Shown here piece by piece: positions 1-10,089 of a DNA stretch of 64,000 nt; position 1 is the stretch's first letter, and each line of letters opens with the position of its first letter. This DNA comes from Candidatus Poribacteria bacterium (GTDB taxonomy: Bacteria > Poribacteria > WGA-4E > WGA-3G): positions 3,168,001 to 3,232,000 of the forward strand of contig OZ251518.1 in NCBI GenBank assembly GCA_965242965.1. Reading direction: 5' to 3'. The position numbers and the translations under genes were made by a program. The notes beneath the pieces were generated by a model. It saw only the letters and a list, made by a program, of their open reading frames with translations, was not told the DNA's origin and ran no database searches.

Positions 1-113
1 CGCCAGAGATACACCTTCGCATGCCGACGCGGCGCGCCTAGCTGCTGCGGTGTTGATGATGGCGTGCTGCCGGGAACGCGGCGTGAATGTGTGGGAGTTT
101 GTATCGTTTTCAT
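1..113 (-). CDS. N-terminal fragment of the gene downstream of murC, possibly FtsQ (runs off the window)
   Basis: ATG at 113 opens MKTIQTPTHSRRVPGSTPSSTPQQLGAPRRHAKVYLW with no stop before the window edge. It starts 10 nt after the murC stop. The FtsQ call rests on dcw synteny only. Confidence 0.35.
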   Translation of the reverse strand, partial: MKTIQTPTHSRRVPGSTPSSTPQQLGAPRRHAKVYLW

Positions 114-123
114 CGCTTAAATC

Positions 124-1539
124 TCACTGCATCTGTTTGCGCGCTAAGAACTCATGTCCGACTTTATTAATGTCGCCCGCGCCCAACGTCATCACAATAT
201 CACCCGGACGCGTGATGTCCATGAGGCAATCCGTAACGTCCCCCATTTCGGGAACGTAAATGACGTGCCGATGGCCGTGCGCGCGAATCGCTTCCGCCAG
301 TTTCTCACCGGTGACGTTCTGAATCTCCGCCTCGCCGGCACCGTAGATGGGGGTGACAATCAGCACATCTGCCTGATAGAAAGAGCGGCAGAATTCGTCC
401 ACTAAATCGCGCACCCGCTGATGGCGATGCGGTTGGAAGACACCGACGATGCGGCGTTTGTAACCCTCGCGCGCGCCGTTCAACGCCGCTTTCAACTTCG
501 CCGGATTGTGCGCGTAATCGTCCACCACGATGATGTCATCTGCCTCACCAAGCACCTCGAACCGGCGATGCACCCCTTGGAACGATTCAAGACTCTCCCG
601 AATCTGCTCAAACGGGATGTCCAATTCAAGCCCAACGGCGATAGCCGCCAGCGAATTCGCGATGTTATGACGGCCCGGCATTTTGAGATGCACTTCGCCT
701 AAGGTTTCGTTTCGTAGCCCGGCGGTATCGTGCGAGGCGCGGACGCGATAACGAGAAGTCGGTCCTTCCACGCGAATGCCTTCTGCCACTAAGTCTGCCC
801 GCGTCTCAAGCCCATAGGTAACATACCGCTTCTCCACGCGCGGGATAAACTTCTGAACGTTCTCGCTATCCAAGCAAAGCACCGATGTGCCGTAGAAAGG
901 CACTTTGTTGATGAATTTGAGGAACGTCTCGCCAATCTCGTCAACGCTCTTGTAATAGTCGAGATGGTCTGCATCAACCGAGGTAACTACCGCAACCGTC
1001 GGATAAAACATCTCTATTGAACCGTATGCCTCGTCCGCCTCAACTATCATGACTTCGCCGTCGCCGCTGCGCGCATGACTGCCGTTGACGAGTTTCCCAC
1101 CGACGACAACCGTCGGATCCAAGCCTCGCAGCACCGCTGCTGTCATCGCCGTTGTGGTGGTTTTGCCGTGCGTGCCGCTGACTGCGACGCTGTAGCGCAT
1201 CCGCGTAATCTCGTTGAGCATCTCCGCACCCCGGACAATAGGGATTTTCTGTATCCTCGCGGCGATGAGTTCCGGGTTATCTGCAGGAATCGCGGGCGAT
1301 TTGACGACGACATCTGCGCCGTTGAGGTTCGCCGCGGCGTGTCCGTAATGGACGGTCGCGCCCCGCGCGCGCAGTTGTTCTGTCGTCTCTGAATGCCGAA
1401 GATCGGAACCGGTGATGTGAAATCCCAAGTCAAGGAGGATTTCGGTGATGCCGCTTAACCCGGCACCGCCGATACCGATAACATGGATGTGTTGCGTTTT
1501 TCCGAACATATTTTTAACCCTTTTCCCTATAGATGGCAT
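124..1539 (-). CDS. murC: UDP-N-acetylmuramate--L-alanine ligase
   Basis: GIGGAGLSG, SGTHGKTTTT, EADE, DDYAHNP and FQPHR motifs; dcw context. Confidence 0.97.
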   Translation of the reverse strand: MPSIGKRVKNMFGKTQHIHVIGIGGAGLSGITEILLDLGFHITGSDLRHSETTEQLRARGATVHYGHAAANLNGADVVVKSPAIPADNPELIAARIQKIPIVRGAEMLNEITRMRYSVAVSGTHGKTTTTAMTAAVLRGLDPTVVVGGKLVNGSHARSGDGEVMIVEADEAYGSIEMFYPTVAVVTSVDADHLDYYKSVDEIGETFLKFINKVPFYGTSVLCLDSENVQKFIPRVEKRYVTYGLETRADLVAEGIRVEGPTSRYRVRASHDTAGLRNETLGEVHLKMPGRHNIANSLAAIAVGLELDIPFEQIRESLESFQGVHRRFEVLGEADDIIVVDDYAHNPAKLKAALNGAREGYKRRIVGVFQPHRHQRVRDLVDEFCRSFYQADVLIVTPIYGAGEAEIQNVTGEKLAEAIRAHGHRHVIYVPEMGDVTDCLMDITRPGDIVMTLGAGDINKVGHEFLARKQMQ

Positions 1540-2655
1540 CTATGGAATTTGCGCAAGAATCGCCTTCGCAATGTCCTCGCTTGCGTGCGGTTTACCGATA
1601 GCGCGGCTCGCCGTTACCATCTGCTGATACACCTTCTCATCTGTCGTCAGCCGCGTCAGATGTTTCACCAATTCGTCAATCGTAAACGCGCCTTGTTCTA
1701 ACACGATGGCTGCGCCTGCATCGGCGACGGTGTGCGCGTTTAATACCTGATTATTGCCGGTTTGCGCCGGTAAGGGGATGAAAATCGCCGGGATACCGCA
1801 CGCTGTCACCTCCGAAACCGTCATCCCGCCGGCGCGACACACCATCACATCGGCGATACTGTAAACCTCTTCGACGGTATCAAAGAAGGGTTGCACGCGG
1901 TGGATGAGCCTTGTTTCTGCATAAGCCGCCTTGACTTCTTCGGCATCCGCTTCCCCGGTCTGATGCACGATTTGGATGTGCTCGCGCAATGGCGTTAACT
2001 GCGGAAGTGCCATCATGAGTGCTTCGTTGATGGCGTGCGCGCCTTGACTGCCGCCCATCACAAATACCGTTTTCCGGTCTGGACACAAATCGTATTTTTG
2101 ATAGGTTGCCTCCGTTCGTTCATAAGCCGTAATTGCGGGACGAATCGGGTTGCCGGTTACTTTCACGCTCTCCTGCGGAAACTTGGCCGCCGCTGGTGCC
2201 AATGCGAGATAGGCTGCCTTCGTCCAGCGCGCTAAAATCGCGTTCGTCAAGCCGACAGAGGCGTTTTGTTCCTGCACCGCAATTGGCACCTGGCGTAGCA
2301 CGCCGGCGAAAAGCACGGGGCCCGAAACATAGCCGCCCGTGCCAATCACGAAATCAGGGTTCAGTGTTTTGATATGCCGCAGCGATTGTAGCACCCCCCG
2401 AAACGCTTTCCACAGCACCGGTGCCCATTGCAAGGTGAGTCTGCGCGGAAACCCCGCCACGGTAATCGGCAGGAAAGGAAAACCGTGCTTCGGGACGAGC
2501 GTCGCCTCTAATCGGTTCTCGCCGCCGATGAAGGTAATGTCAATATCCGGTTCCAAGCGTTTCAGTGCTTGGGCGATACCGATGGCGGGATAGATATGTC
2601 CGCCGGTGCCGCCGCCTGACATGACGATGCGTTTGTTCTTCATGACTTTCTTCAT
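1540..2655 (-). CDS. murG: Undecaprenyldiphospho-muramoylpentapeptide GlcNAc transferase
   Basis: GGGTGGHIYP, TGGYVSGP, EQN, GNPIR, GGSQGA and RAGGMT motifs. Confidence 0.97.
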   Translation of the reverse strand: MKKVMKNKRIVMSGGGTGGHIYPAIGIAQALKRLEPDIDITFIGGENRLEATLVPKHGFPFLPITVAGFPRRLTLQWAPVLWKAFRGVLQSLRHIKTLNPDFVIGTGGYVSGPVLFAGVLRQVPIAVQEQNASVGLTNAILARWTKAAYLALAPAAAKFPQESVKVTGNPIRPAITAYERTEATYQKYDLCPDRKTVFVMGGSQGAHAINEALMMALPQLTPLREHIQIVHQTGEADAEEVKAAYAETRLIHRVQPFFDTVEEVYSIADVMVCRAGGMTVSEVTACGIPAIFIPLPAQTGNNQVLNAHTVADAGAAIVLEQGAFTIDELVKHLTRLTTDEKVYQQMVTASRAIGKPHASEDIAKAILAQIP

Positions 2656-3890
2656 GATTGCCTCACGTTTGCCGGCGGTTCGCGATGCACACGGGAGATA
2701 TTGAGCAAAATCCCGACACTGACGAGACTCAGCACAATTGAGGAACCGCCGTAACTGATGAAGGGCAGCGTAATCCCTTTCGTCGGCAAAATACCGGTGA
2801 CAACGCCGATGTTGATGAACGCCTGTAAGCCGATGAGTGTTGTCATGCCGATGGCGAGGAGGCCGCCAAACCTATCATCGGCGTGGCGCGCGATGTGCAA
2901 CCCACGCCAGACAAACAGCATGAAAAGTAACGTGATAGCCGCCGTGCCGATAAACCCGAACTCCTCGCCTAGCACGGAGAAGATGAAATCGGTGTGCGGG
3001 TAAGGCAGTCTCACAATCTTCAGCGCGCTGTTATCAATACCCACACCGAGAAAGCCCCCAGAACTAAGCGCGTCAAGCGAATGCCCTAACTGATAGTTCG
3101 CTGCGTCCGGCGATTTCCACAGTGCGAAGTAATCGAGGAACCGCTGTAATCGATAAGGATCTTTGATAATCAGCACCGCGAGCATGGCGACACCTGCGCC
3201 GGCGAGCAGCAACGTATGCACAATGCGGATGCCGCCGACGAATAGCACAATGCACACCGTCGCCGCGAGCAGGAGAGCCGAACCGAAGTCGGGTTGCGCC
3301 GCGACAAGGGCAAACGCGCCGCCTAAAACCAGCATGTTCGGCACGATGCCGTTAAAAAAACTTTTCACTTTCTCCGGATGCCGACTTAGAAACGTGGCGA
3401 CGTGGATGACGAGGGCAATCTTAGCGAATTCCACGGGTTGAAAGTTTATCGGTAACGGGCCGAGGCGTATCCATCGGTTAAACCTGCCGCCTTCCGCTCC
3501 CTGCACACTCGCGCTCAGCTGCGGCACGAACACTAACGCTAAACCGATAAACGCGAGGATGAGAATCTTCGTCGCATGCCGCGTGTAAAAGCGGTAGGGG
3601 ATATGCGAGACGACATACATGCCGACTAACCCGATGACACAAGCGATAACGTGTATCTGTAGATACCGATAACTGTTCCCTTCATAGATGCGTGAGGAGA
3701 GGAGGTGACTTGCGCTATACACCATCAAAATCCCCGTCGCGAGGAGAAGACAGGTAAGCACACTGAGCCCTTTATCCAATTTCTCAGGAGGGTTCAGAAC
3801 GGCAGCCGCTGGTTGTTCCGTTTTATTGAAGGTGAAAGACGTGAACCGGTTTGTCGACTGGTTCTTGTCCTGTTTAAGTAGGAATTTCAT
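2652..3890 (-). CDS. ftsW: SEDS family peptidoglycan polymerase FtsW
   Basis: RWI, QPVEFAK, QPDFGS, PHTDFIFSVLGEEFG and LPFISYGGSS motifs. Start placed at ATG 3890. Confidence 0.93.
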   Translation of the reverse strand: MKFLLKQDKNQSTNRFTSFTFNKTEQPAAAVLNPPEKLDKGLSVLTCLLLATGILMVYSASHLLSSRIYEGNSYRYLQIHVIACVIGLVGMYVVSHIPYRFYTRHATKILILAFIGLALVFVPQLSASVQGAEGGRFNRWIRLGPLPINFQPVEFAKIALVIHVATFLSRHPEKVKSFFNGIVPNMLVLGGAFALVAAQPDFGSALLLAATVCIVLFVGGIRIVHTLLLAGAGVAMLAVLIIKDPYRLQRFLDYFALWKSPDAANYQLGHSLDALSSGGFLGVGIDNSALKIVRLPYPHTDFIFSVLGEEFGFIGTAAITLLFMLFVWRGLHIARHADDRFGGLLAIGMTTLIGLQAFINIGVVTGILPTKGITLPFISYGGSSIVLSLVSVGILLNISRVHREPPANVRQS

Positions 3891-5361
3891 GAACAGCCTC
3901 TTTGAACGCGTCGCCGCGCGCTTTATAGTCGGTGAACATATCAAAACTGGCATTGGCAGGTGAGAGCAACACCACATCGCCCGGTGCAGCATTCGCGAAG
4001 CCTATCTGCACCGCTTCTGTCATCGATGCCGCGTGAAATATATCTGTCAACCCGCTCAAACTTTCTTCAAGGCGTTGCGTGTGCTTTCCGAGCAGAATTG
4101 CCCCTTTCACGCGCTGCCGAATCAGGGATGTCAGCGGCGTGTAGTCATTGCCTTTATCAACACCCCCGGCGATGAGCCATACATTTCGTGTCCGATGGCC
4201 CGGTTTCTCTCGCGCTCCGGCGGATGATGTGCAAGTCTTCCCGGTAGGCGAGCCCTCCTGGTCTCGATTCCCCCCGGTAGGCGAGCCCTCCTGGTCTCGA
4301 TGCACAGTCCCGCGCGCTACGGTGGATGATGTGCAAGACTCTACCGATTCAAGGGCAGCTTTAACAGCCGCGACGTTCGTCGCCTTGGAGTCGTTGATAA
4401 ATTGGACACCGTTGTGCGTCTTCACGAGTTCAAACGCATGCGCGAAGGCAGGATGCCCGCGGTCAAAATTTTTCAACGCCTCCCGAATCTGGCTATCTGT
4501 CACGCCAAAAATCTTCGCCACGGTGATAGCGGCGAGGGCATTTTGCACGTTATGCACACCCGGTATCGGGACAGAAGCCGCCCATTTTTCGGAAGGTTCG
4601 TCTGTCCAATACATTACCTGCGCCGAGGTGCAGGACGCGAAACGCGCACTGCAATCGTAACGATTTAAGACTAGCCAATCCACCCCAGTCTGGTTCGCGC
4701 ATATCTTTTGTTTCGCCGCGTCATAAGCCGCCATGGAGCCGTGTCTATCAAGATGGTCTGGGCTAATATTCAGCACGACGCTGACATGCGGATGAAACGT
4801 CACGGTGCTCTCTAATTGAAAACTGCTCGCCTCCAAAACGACAATATCGCGGGGTGTTAGGTGCTGCACTTCTGCAGCAAGCGGCACACCGATATTCCCC
4901 GCGACACAGACATGCTTAAACGTGCCGCCGGCTTTAAGGAGCGCGGCTGTCAAAAGCGTCGTCGTCGATTTGCCTTTCGTTCCCGTAATCGCGACGATAG
5001 GCGCGGGACAGACGCGCGCCGATACCTCTAATTCTCCCCAAATTGGGATATTTTTTGCACGCGCCTCGCGCAGTATCGGGATATCCAACGGCACACCGGG
5101 GGAGACGACAATCAATTCGGCATCGGCGATGCACGCAGCTGGATGCCCACCGAGATAGAGCGTGCCGTTCGGTGCAAACTGACGATAGCGCGCGATTTCT
5201 GTCGCTAATGCCGTCGCGGTGCGCGTATCTGTCACCGCTACCCGCGCGCCGAGTGAAACGAGCAATTCCGCTACGGCGAGCCCGCTACGGTTCAACCCGA
5301 ACACTGTGACACATTTTCCATGCCATTCGTTTTCGTCGGCAAAGTGCGCGTTCTTCTGCAT
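3874..5361 (-). CDS. murD: UDP-MurNAc-L-Ala--D-glutamate ligase with an in-frame REP insertion
   Basis: SPGVP, ITGTKGKSTT, EASSFQLE, PDHLDRH, NDSKATN and SPANASFD motifs. Start is uncertain (5361 or 5382); the ORF-track start lies inside a repeat element. Confidence 0.92.
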   Translation of the reverse strand: MQKNAHFADENEWHGKCVTVFGLNRSGLAVAELLVSLGARVAVTDTRTATALATEIARYRQFAPNGTLYLGGHPAACIADAELIVVSPGVPLDIPILREARAKNIPIWGELEVSARVCPAPIVAITGTKGKSTTTLLTAALLKAGGTFKHVCVAGNIGVPLAAEVQHLTPRDIVVLEASSFQLESTVTFHPHVSVVLNISPDHLDRHGSMAAYDAAKQKICANQTGVDWLVLNRYDCSARFASCTSAQVMYWTDEPSEKWAASVPIPGVHNVQNALAAITVAKIFGVTDSQIREALKNFDRGHPAFAHAFELVKTHNGVQFINDSKATNVAAVKAALESVESCTSSTVARGTVHRDQEGSPTGGNRDQEGSPTGKTCTSSAGAREKPGHRTRNVWLIAGGVDKGNDYTPLTSLIRQRVKGAILLGKHTQRLEESLSGLTDIFHAASMTEAVQIGFANAAPGDVVLLSPANASFDMFTDYKARGDAFKEAVHEIPT

Positions 5362-5434
5362 AACTGTCCCAAATTTCCTCATCACATCGGAAATGTTGAT
5401 GGCGTTCCAACGGGTTTCAATAATTACCTTACTT

Positions 5435-5861
5435 GAAGGTGTTTCATACATCACTGCCTTCCCGGTAGGCGAGACCTCCCGGTCTCGATGTTCCCGTAGC
5501 GCGGGGGCCTGTCCCCCGCGATTTCTCGATCACCGTAGGGCGAGGGCCCTCGCATGCCACACGCGCATCCGAGCGGGTTTCCCTCGCCATCGTCCGCGCA
5601 ATCCAACCATTGCGGGGGACAGGCCCCCGCACTACGAAAAAAACGTCTCTTAGGTCTGTAAGACCTTAATGTCTATAGCCCGCGCGCCTGCGAAGAATCC
5701 TGAAAACAAGACGACACGTTTTTCTATAGACATGTAGGACCTAAAGGACCTAAAACGCCACTGCTTGACAATGGCGATCGCGGGGGACAGGCCCCCGCAC
5801 TACGGGAAGATTGAGACTAGGGGTCTCTCCTACCGAACACATTGAAATATGAAACACCCTC
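5435..5861. mobile_element. MITE-like composite element carrying several REP hairpins
   Basis: Inverted ends GAAGGTGTTTCATA (5435-5448) and TATGAAACACCCTC (5848-5861). Flanked by ACCTTACTT and ACCTTACCT, an 8/9 direct repeat. Confidence 0.65.
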
Positions 5862-6975
5862 ACCTTACCTTCAACGTGCTCAACGCTATCAACACCAAAA
5901 TTAGCCCGGCAATCCAGAAACGGATGACAACTTTTGACTCCTTCCACCCCGACAGCAGAAAGTGGTAATGAATAGGGGACATCTTAAACACCCGTTTCCC
6001 GAATGTTCGGAAGGACCAGACTTGGATGATAACCGACAGTGCTTCTGCTACAAAAATGGCACCGACAATCACCAACAAGAACTCCTGTTTTATCAGCAAT
6101 GCAACGGTGCCGAGCGTCGCGCCGAGGGTGAGTGAACCGGTATCCCCCATGAATACCTGCGCGGGATGCGAGTTATACCACAGAAACCCTAAACCCGCGC
6201 CGACTAACGCCGCGCAAAAAATCGTCGCAACTTCACCACTCACAGGGAGATGAAAAATGTTCAGGTATTCCGCAATCTGTCCGTGGCTTGTCATGTATCC
6301 AAGCACGCCTAATGTGCCGGCGACAAACAGCGTGCAGCCGATTGCCAAGCCGTCCATGCCATCCGTTAGATTAACGGCGTTTGACGTGCCGACAATCACC
6401 AGTGTCGCGAAGGGAATAAACAGAATCCCTAACGTCGGACGCACGGCTTTGAAAAACGGCAGACTCAGCGCGGTGCGCGTCGTAACATCGTCACCTACCG
6501 TTGGGCCCCAGCCATAAAGATAGACTGCAATCGCCACTGCGCCGAGTGTCTGCAACCCAATCTTGTGCCATCCTCGGAGTCCTAATGATTGCTGTTTGAC
6601 GAGTTTACTGTAATCATCAAGGAAACCGAGTCCGCCGAACCATAACGTCGTCAGAACCATCATGTAGAGGTAAGCCTGGTCCCACCGACTCCAGAGTAGC
6701 ACCGCTACGAGGACAGAGACGATGATGAGGATGCCGCCCATTGTCGGCGTGCCTGCCTTTTCGTCCCATTCGGTAGATTTCGCCCGCGGTCCGTCCTCAA
6801 GGATATGTTCGCCGATGCGGAGTTGCTTCAGCCGACGAATCATGAACGGCCCCAACACGAGTGAGATGACGAGTGCTGTCGCTGTCGCGTAAATGGCCCG
6901 AAAACTGATATAGCGAAAAATGTTGAACGGCGAAAACGCTTCTACCAGATTTTCGTAAAACAGATGGTAAAACAT
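5860..6975 (-). CDS. mraY: Phospho-N-acetylmuramoyl-pentapeptide transferase
   Basis: KAGTPTMGG, LGFLDDY, SNAVNLTDGMDGLA, VFMGDTGS and PIHYHF motifs. Confidence 0.97.
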   Translation of the reverse strand: MFYHLFYENLVEAFSPFNIFRYISFRAIYATATALVISLVLGPFMIRRLKQLRIGEHILEDGPRAKSTEWDEKAGTPTMGGILIIVSVLVAVLLWSRWDQAYLYMMVLTTLWFGGLGFLDDYSKLVKQQSLGLRGWHKIGLQTLGAVAIAVYLYGWGPTVGDDVTTRTALSLPFFKAVRPTLGILFIPFATLVIVGTSNAVNLTDGMDGLAIGCTLFVAGTLGVLGYMTSHGQIAEYLNIFHLPVSGEVATIFCAALVGAGLGFLWYNSHPAQVFMGDTGSLTLGATLGTVALLIKQEFLLVIVGAIFVAEALSVIIQVWSFRTFGKRVFKMSPIHYHFLLSGWKESKVVIRFWIAGLILVLIALSTLKVR

Positions 6976-6980
6976 TTTTC

Positions 6981-8201
6981 CTACGAGGTGCCTCCCAACT
7001 TGTCGCCCTTCTTCAACTTCGCGAAACTGGCACCGGCTTGGCTGAGCAGGTTCGTGTTGTAGGAATAGGTGCGGCTGTTTTTCTCCGCATGCACAGCAAA
7101 CGCCAGTTCAATGAGTTGCGAGACAAGCTGCGGAAATTCAACGCCATCGTGCTCCCACAAATAGAAACTGAACGAACCGGGGATGGTATTGATTTCGTTG
7201 ACATAGACGTTCTCATCGGCATCCATGAGGCAATCGATGCGTGCGACACCTGCGCAATCTAACACCTGAAACGTCCGCGTGGCGAGTTCTTGAATATGTA
7301 ACGTCAATTCTTCCGAGATGGGTGCAGGAATTTTCCGTTCCGCGCCGGCCATCGCCGAGGGCGCGTGCTGTCCTTCCGCCGATGAGGTTTCATGGATGTA
7401 TTTATCGTCAAACGTGAGGAACGCCGCGTCTGTCATCGGCTGCTCACAGACAGAAGCGGTTACCTCCCGCGCGCCCATGCCCATCACGGCGCAGTTGATT
7501 TCACAAGGCGTTTGCACTGCTTGTTCTACCAAAATGCGACGGCAGTATTGCGAGGCGACTTCCACTGCAATGGACAACTCCTCGCCATTTTTCACGTGAC
7601 TCACGCCGATGCTGGAACCGCTCATCGCAGGTTTCACGAAAACGGGGTAACCGAGCGTCGCCTCTACCTCTTCTAACATGCCGGGCTGGTGCTGCGTCCA
7701 CCACAGATACGGGACAATGGGAATCTGATTCTCGTTGAGAATCGCCTTCATCATAATCTTATCCATACCGACAGCGGAACCGATGACTCCCGAACCGACA
7801 TACGGCACGTTCATGAGTTCCAACACGCCTTGGAGTGTGCCGTCTTCGCCGTGGGTGCCGTGTATCGCCGGAAAGACGACATCCACCGGCAATACCGTTT
7901 TCTGCGGTGAGCGAAACCAACTGGTGCGTTTCGGTTCGATGACAAACGCGCCCCTGCCGCTGAATTCAACGGTGACAATGTCAAAATCGGCGGCTGTCGG
8001 CAAGTTTCCAGCCGTGAACGCGTCCAATTCGCGAAGTTTCTCACCGGTTAACCACACGCCGTCCTTCGTCACGTAAATCGGGATGACGTTATGGTGCTCC
8101 GCTAAAGCCACGCAGACTTGGTGTGCGGTGACGATGGAGACTTCGTGTTCCGGCGAACGTCCGCCAAAGATGAGGGCAACATTTTTCTTATCGGTTCTCA
8201 A
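6981..8201 (-). CDS. ddl: D-alanine--D-alanine ligase family protein
   Basis: FGGRSPEHEVS, HGTHGEDG, MDKIMMK, VKPAMSGSSIG and NEINTIPG motifs. Confidence 0.93.
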   Translation of the reverse strand: MRTDKKNVALIFGGRSPEHEVSIVTAHQVCVALAEHHNVIPIYVTKDGVWLTGEKLRELDAFTAGNLPTAADFDIVTVEFSGRGAFVIEPKRTSWFRSPQKTVLPVDVVFPAIHGTHGEDGTLQGVLELMNVPYVGSGVIGSAVGMDKIMMKAILNENQIPIVPYLWWTQHQPGMLEEVEATLGYPVFVKPAMSGSSIGVSHVKNGEELSIAVEVASQYCRRILVEQAVQTPCEINCAVMGMGAREVTASVCEQPMTDAAFLTFDDKYIHETSSAEGQHAPSAMAGAERKIPAPISEELTLHIQELATRTFQVLDCAGVARIDCLMDADENVYVNEINTIPGSFSFYLWEHDGVEFPQLVSQLIELAFAVHAEKNSRTYSYNTNLLSQAGASFAKLKKGDKLGGTS

Positions 8202-8224
8202 AGCGTTTTCTCCTGTCCTGCAGA

Positions 8225-8445
8225 GCGATTTTGTTTTTCCCCCGCCGGCGCGGTATCTTCCCGTAGGCGATCCCTCGGGGCTCGATGCAGTCCCGCCTAT
8301 TGCATCGGGACAAGGATGTCCCTCCTACCGATGCATCGGGACAGGGATGTCCCTCCTACCGGTGTATCGGGACAGGGATGTCCCTCCTACCGGTGTATCG
8401 TGCCCAGATGTCTTCCCCGTAGGCGAGACCTCCTGGTCTCGATTG
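8225..8445. repeat. REP cluster including about three 31-nt tandem units TCGGGACAGGGATGTCCCTCCTACCGGTGTA
   Basis: Read directly from the sequence; GTAG-anchored palindromes on both strands. Confidence 0.8.
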
Positions 8446-8457
8446 TCCCTCTTACTG

Positions 8458-10089
8458 TCAAGGCGACACAGCAGACTCATCGTAGTTATCCGGAAGATCA
8501 TTCTCAAAAAGCACGACATCCCCTGGTTTCAAAAGTTTCCCCAAATAGTCCTTAACTTCAGCGAGGTTAGCGGCGATACGCACCTGTTCCTTTGGATAAT
8601 TTGCGGTTTTCAATCCATCGAGAATCGGCGCGGTTCGATTCGGTCCGACGAGAATAACCCTGTCGCAGACTTGCGCGGCACGTTCCCCGAAGCGTCGGTT
8701 CTCTTCATATTCCTGTTCGCCGAGTTCTACCATGCCGGGTGTCACCAGCACCTTCTTTCCGCCGTTTGGTGCGCGTCCGAAGTCGTCAAGGACTTCAAGA
8801 GCGGCTTTCGCGCCGACAGGATTAGCGTTGAAACTATCGTCAATAATCGTGACACCGCCCGCGCCCGCGCTGAGTTGCAAGCGATGCGGTACCGGTTCCA
8901 CCTTCGCAACGGCATCGCGAATTTCTTCGAGTTCCATGCCGCATGCCAATGCAACGCTCGTCGCCGCGAGGATGTTAGAAACGTTATGCCTGCCGAGCAG
9001 TTGCGTTCGTATCTCTATCTCACCGGTAGCCTGTAGCGCGTTGGAATGAACAGTAAATTCCAACCCCGCATCCGTATGCCGAATGTTTGACGCAGTTAAA
9101 TCGCTGTCGGCATCCACGGCGTATCGGATAACCTGTTTGTCATCGGTTTTATCGGCGAGCCCCGCGACGATGTCGTTATCGCAATTGAAGACAGCGAGTC
9201 CGTCGGCGGGGAGCGATTCAATCAACTCATATTTCGTCTTGGCGATAGTCTCGATGCTCTTAAACCGTTCCAAATGTTGCGGCCCGACAGCGGTGAGGAT
9301 ACCGATTTCCGGCGATGCGAGTTCACACAATTCGCGGATATCGCCGCGCCGATACGCGCCCATCTCAACGATAAAGACTTCGTGCGCCGCCGTTAAGTCG
9401 CCACGGATGACTTTGGTGACACCCATCGGCGTGTTGTAACTGTCGGGAGTCATCAGGGTGTTGAATTTTTGCGAGAGAATCTGATGTAAAATGTATTTAG
9501 TGCTAGTTTTGCCATAGCTGCCCGTAATCCCGATGACTTTAGGCATGAGCGTTTTTATCCGCTTTTTCGCCGAGCGGAGATACGCGCCGTTGATAGCGCG
9601 TTCTAATGGATAGATGAGCAGATTCGCCACGGTGAGCGTGATGACGGTTACCTCGCTGAAAAGGAATATGGCGACGCTCCAAGTAGTCGACGTAGTCGGC
9701 GCGCTTTGCAGTGCTAGCCCGACAGCGAGCCCGACGAGGAGAAAAACGGCGAGCCCGAACACCCGTTTGGCACGCGCAGTATAGACGAGCGGTTTCTTCG
9801 CTTCAACTTTCTTGCGCCAAATGAGCGTGGCGACTTGAAACGCGCTCCACGCAATGCACAGCACGGGAAACAGCCACGCGGCGGGATAGAGAATCGTGAG
9901 TAGCAAGAAAGCGGCGACGATTAACACCTCTTTTATCTCAAAGCAGTGGCTGAGATGCTGGCATATCCATCGCACATATCGCGTGGTTTTATAGCCATCA
10001 AGTTGCAGGATATGGAGTCCCCGTGTCGTCCGGAGAATTGCGCGCGCGAGACAGACAGCTAAGGTAACGTAGAAGAGATAAACAGTCAT
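8458..10089 (-). CDS. murF: UDP-MurNAc-tripeptide--D-Ala-D-Ala ligase with an N-terminal multi-TM extension
   Basis: ITGSYGKTSTK, SYNTPMG, EMGA, QHLE, IDDSFNANP and GMVELG motifs; about 170 hydrophobic residues at the N-terminus. Confidence 0.88.
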   Translation of the reverse strand: MTVYLFYVTLAVCLARAILRTTRGLHILQLDGYKTTRYVRWICQHLSHCFEIKEVLIVAAFLLLTILYPAAWLFPVLCIAWSAFQVATLIWRKKVEAKKPLVYTARAKRVFGLAVFLLVGLAVGLALQSAPTTSTTWSVAIFLFSEVTVITLTVANLLIYPLERAINGAYLRSAKKRIKTLMPKVIGITGSYGKTSTKYILHQILSQKFNTLMTPDSYNTPMGVTKVIRGDLTAAHEVFIVEMGAYRRGDIRELCELASPEIGILTAVGPQHLERFKSIETIAKTKYELIESLPADGLAVFNCDNDIVAGLADKTDDKQVIRYAVDADSDLTASNIRHTDAGLEFTVHSNALQATGEIEIRTQLLGRHNVSNILAATSVALACGMELEEIRDAVAKVEPVPHRLQLSAGAGGVTIIDDSFNANPVGAKAALEVLDDFGRAPNGGKKVLVTPGMVELGEQEYEENRRFGERAAQVCDRVILVGPNRTAPILDGLKTANYPKEQVRIAANLAEVKDYLGKLLKPGDVVLFENDLPDNYDESAVSP

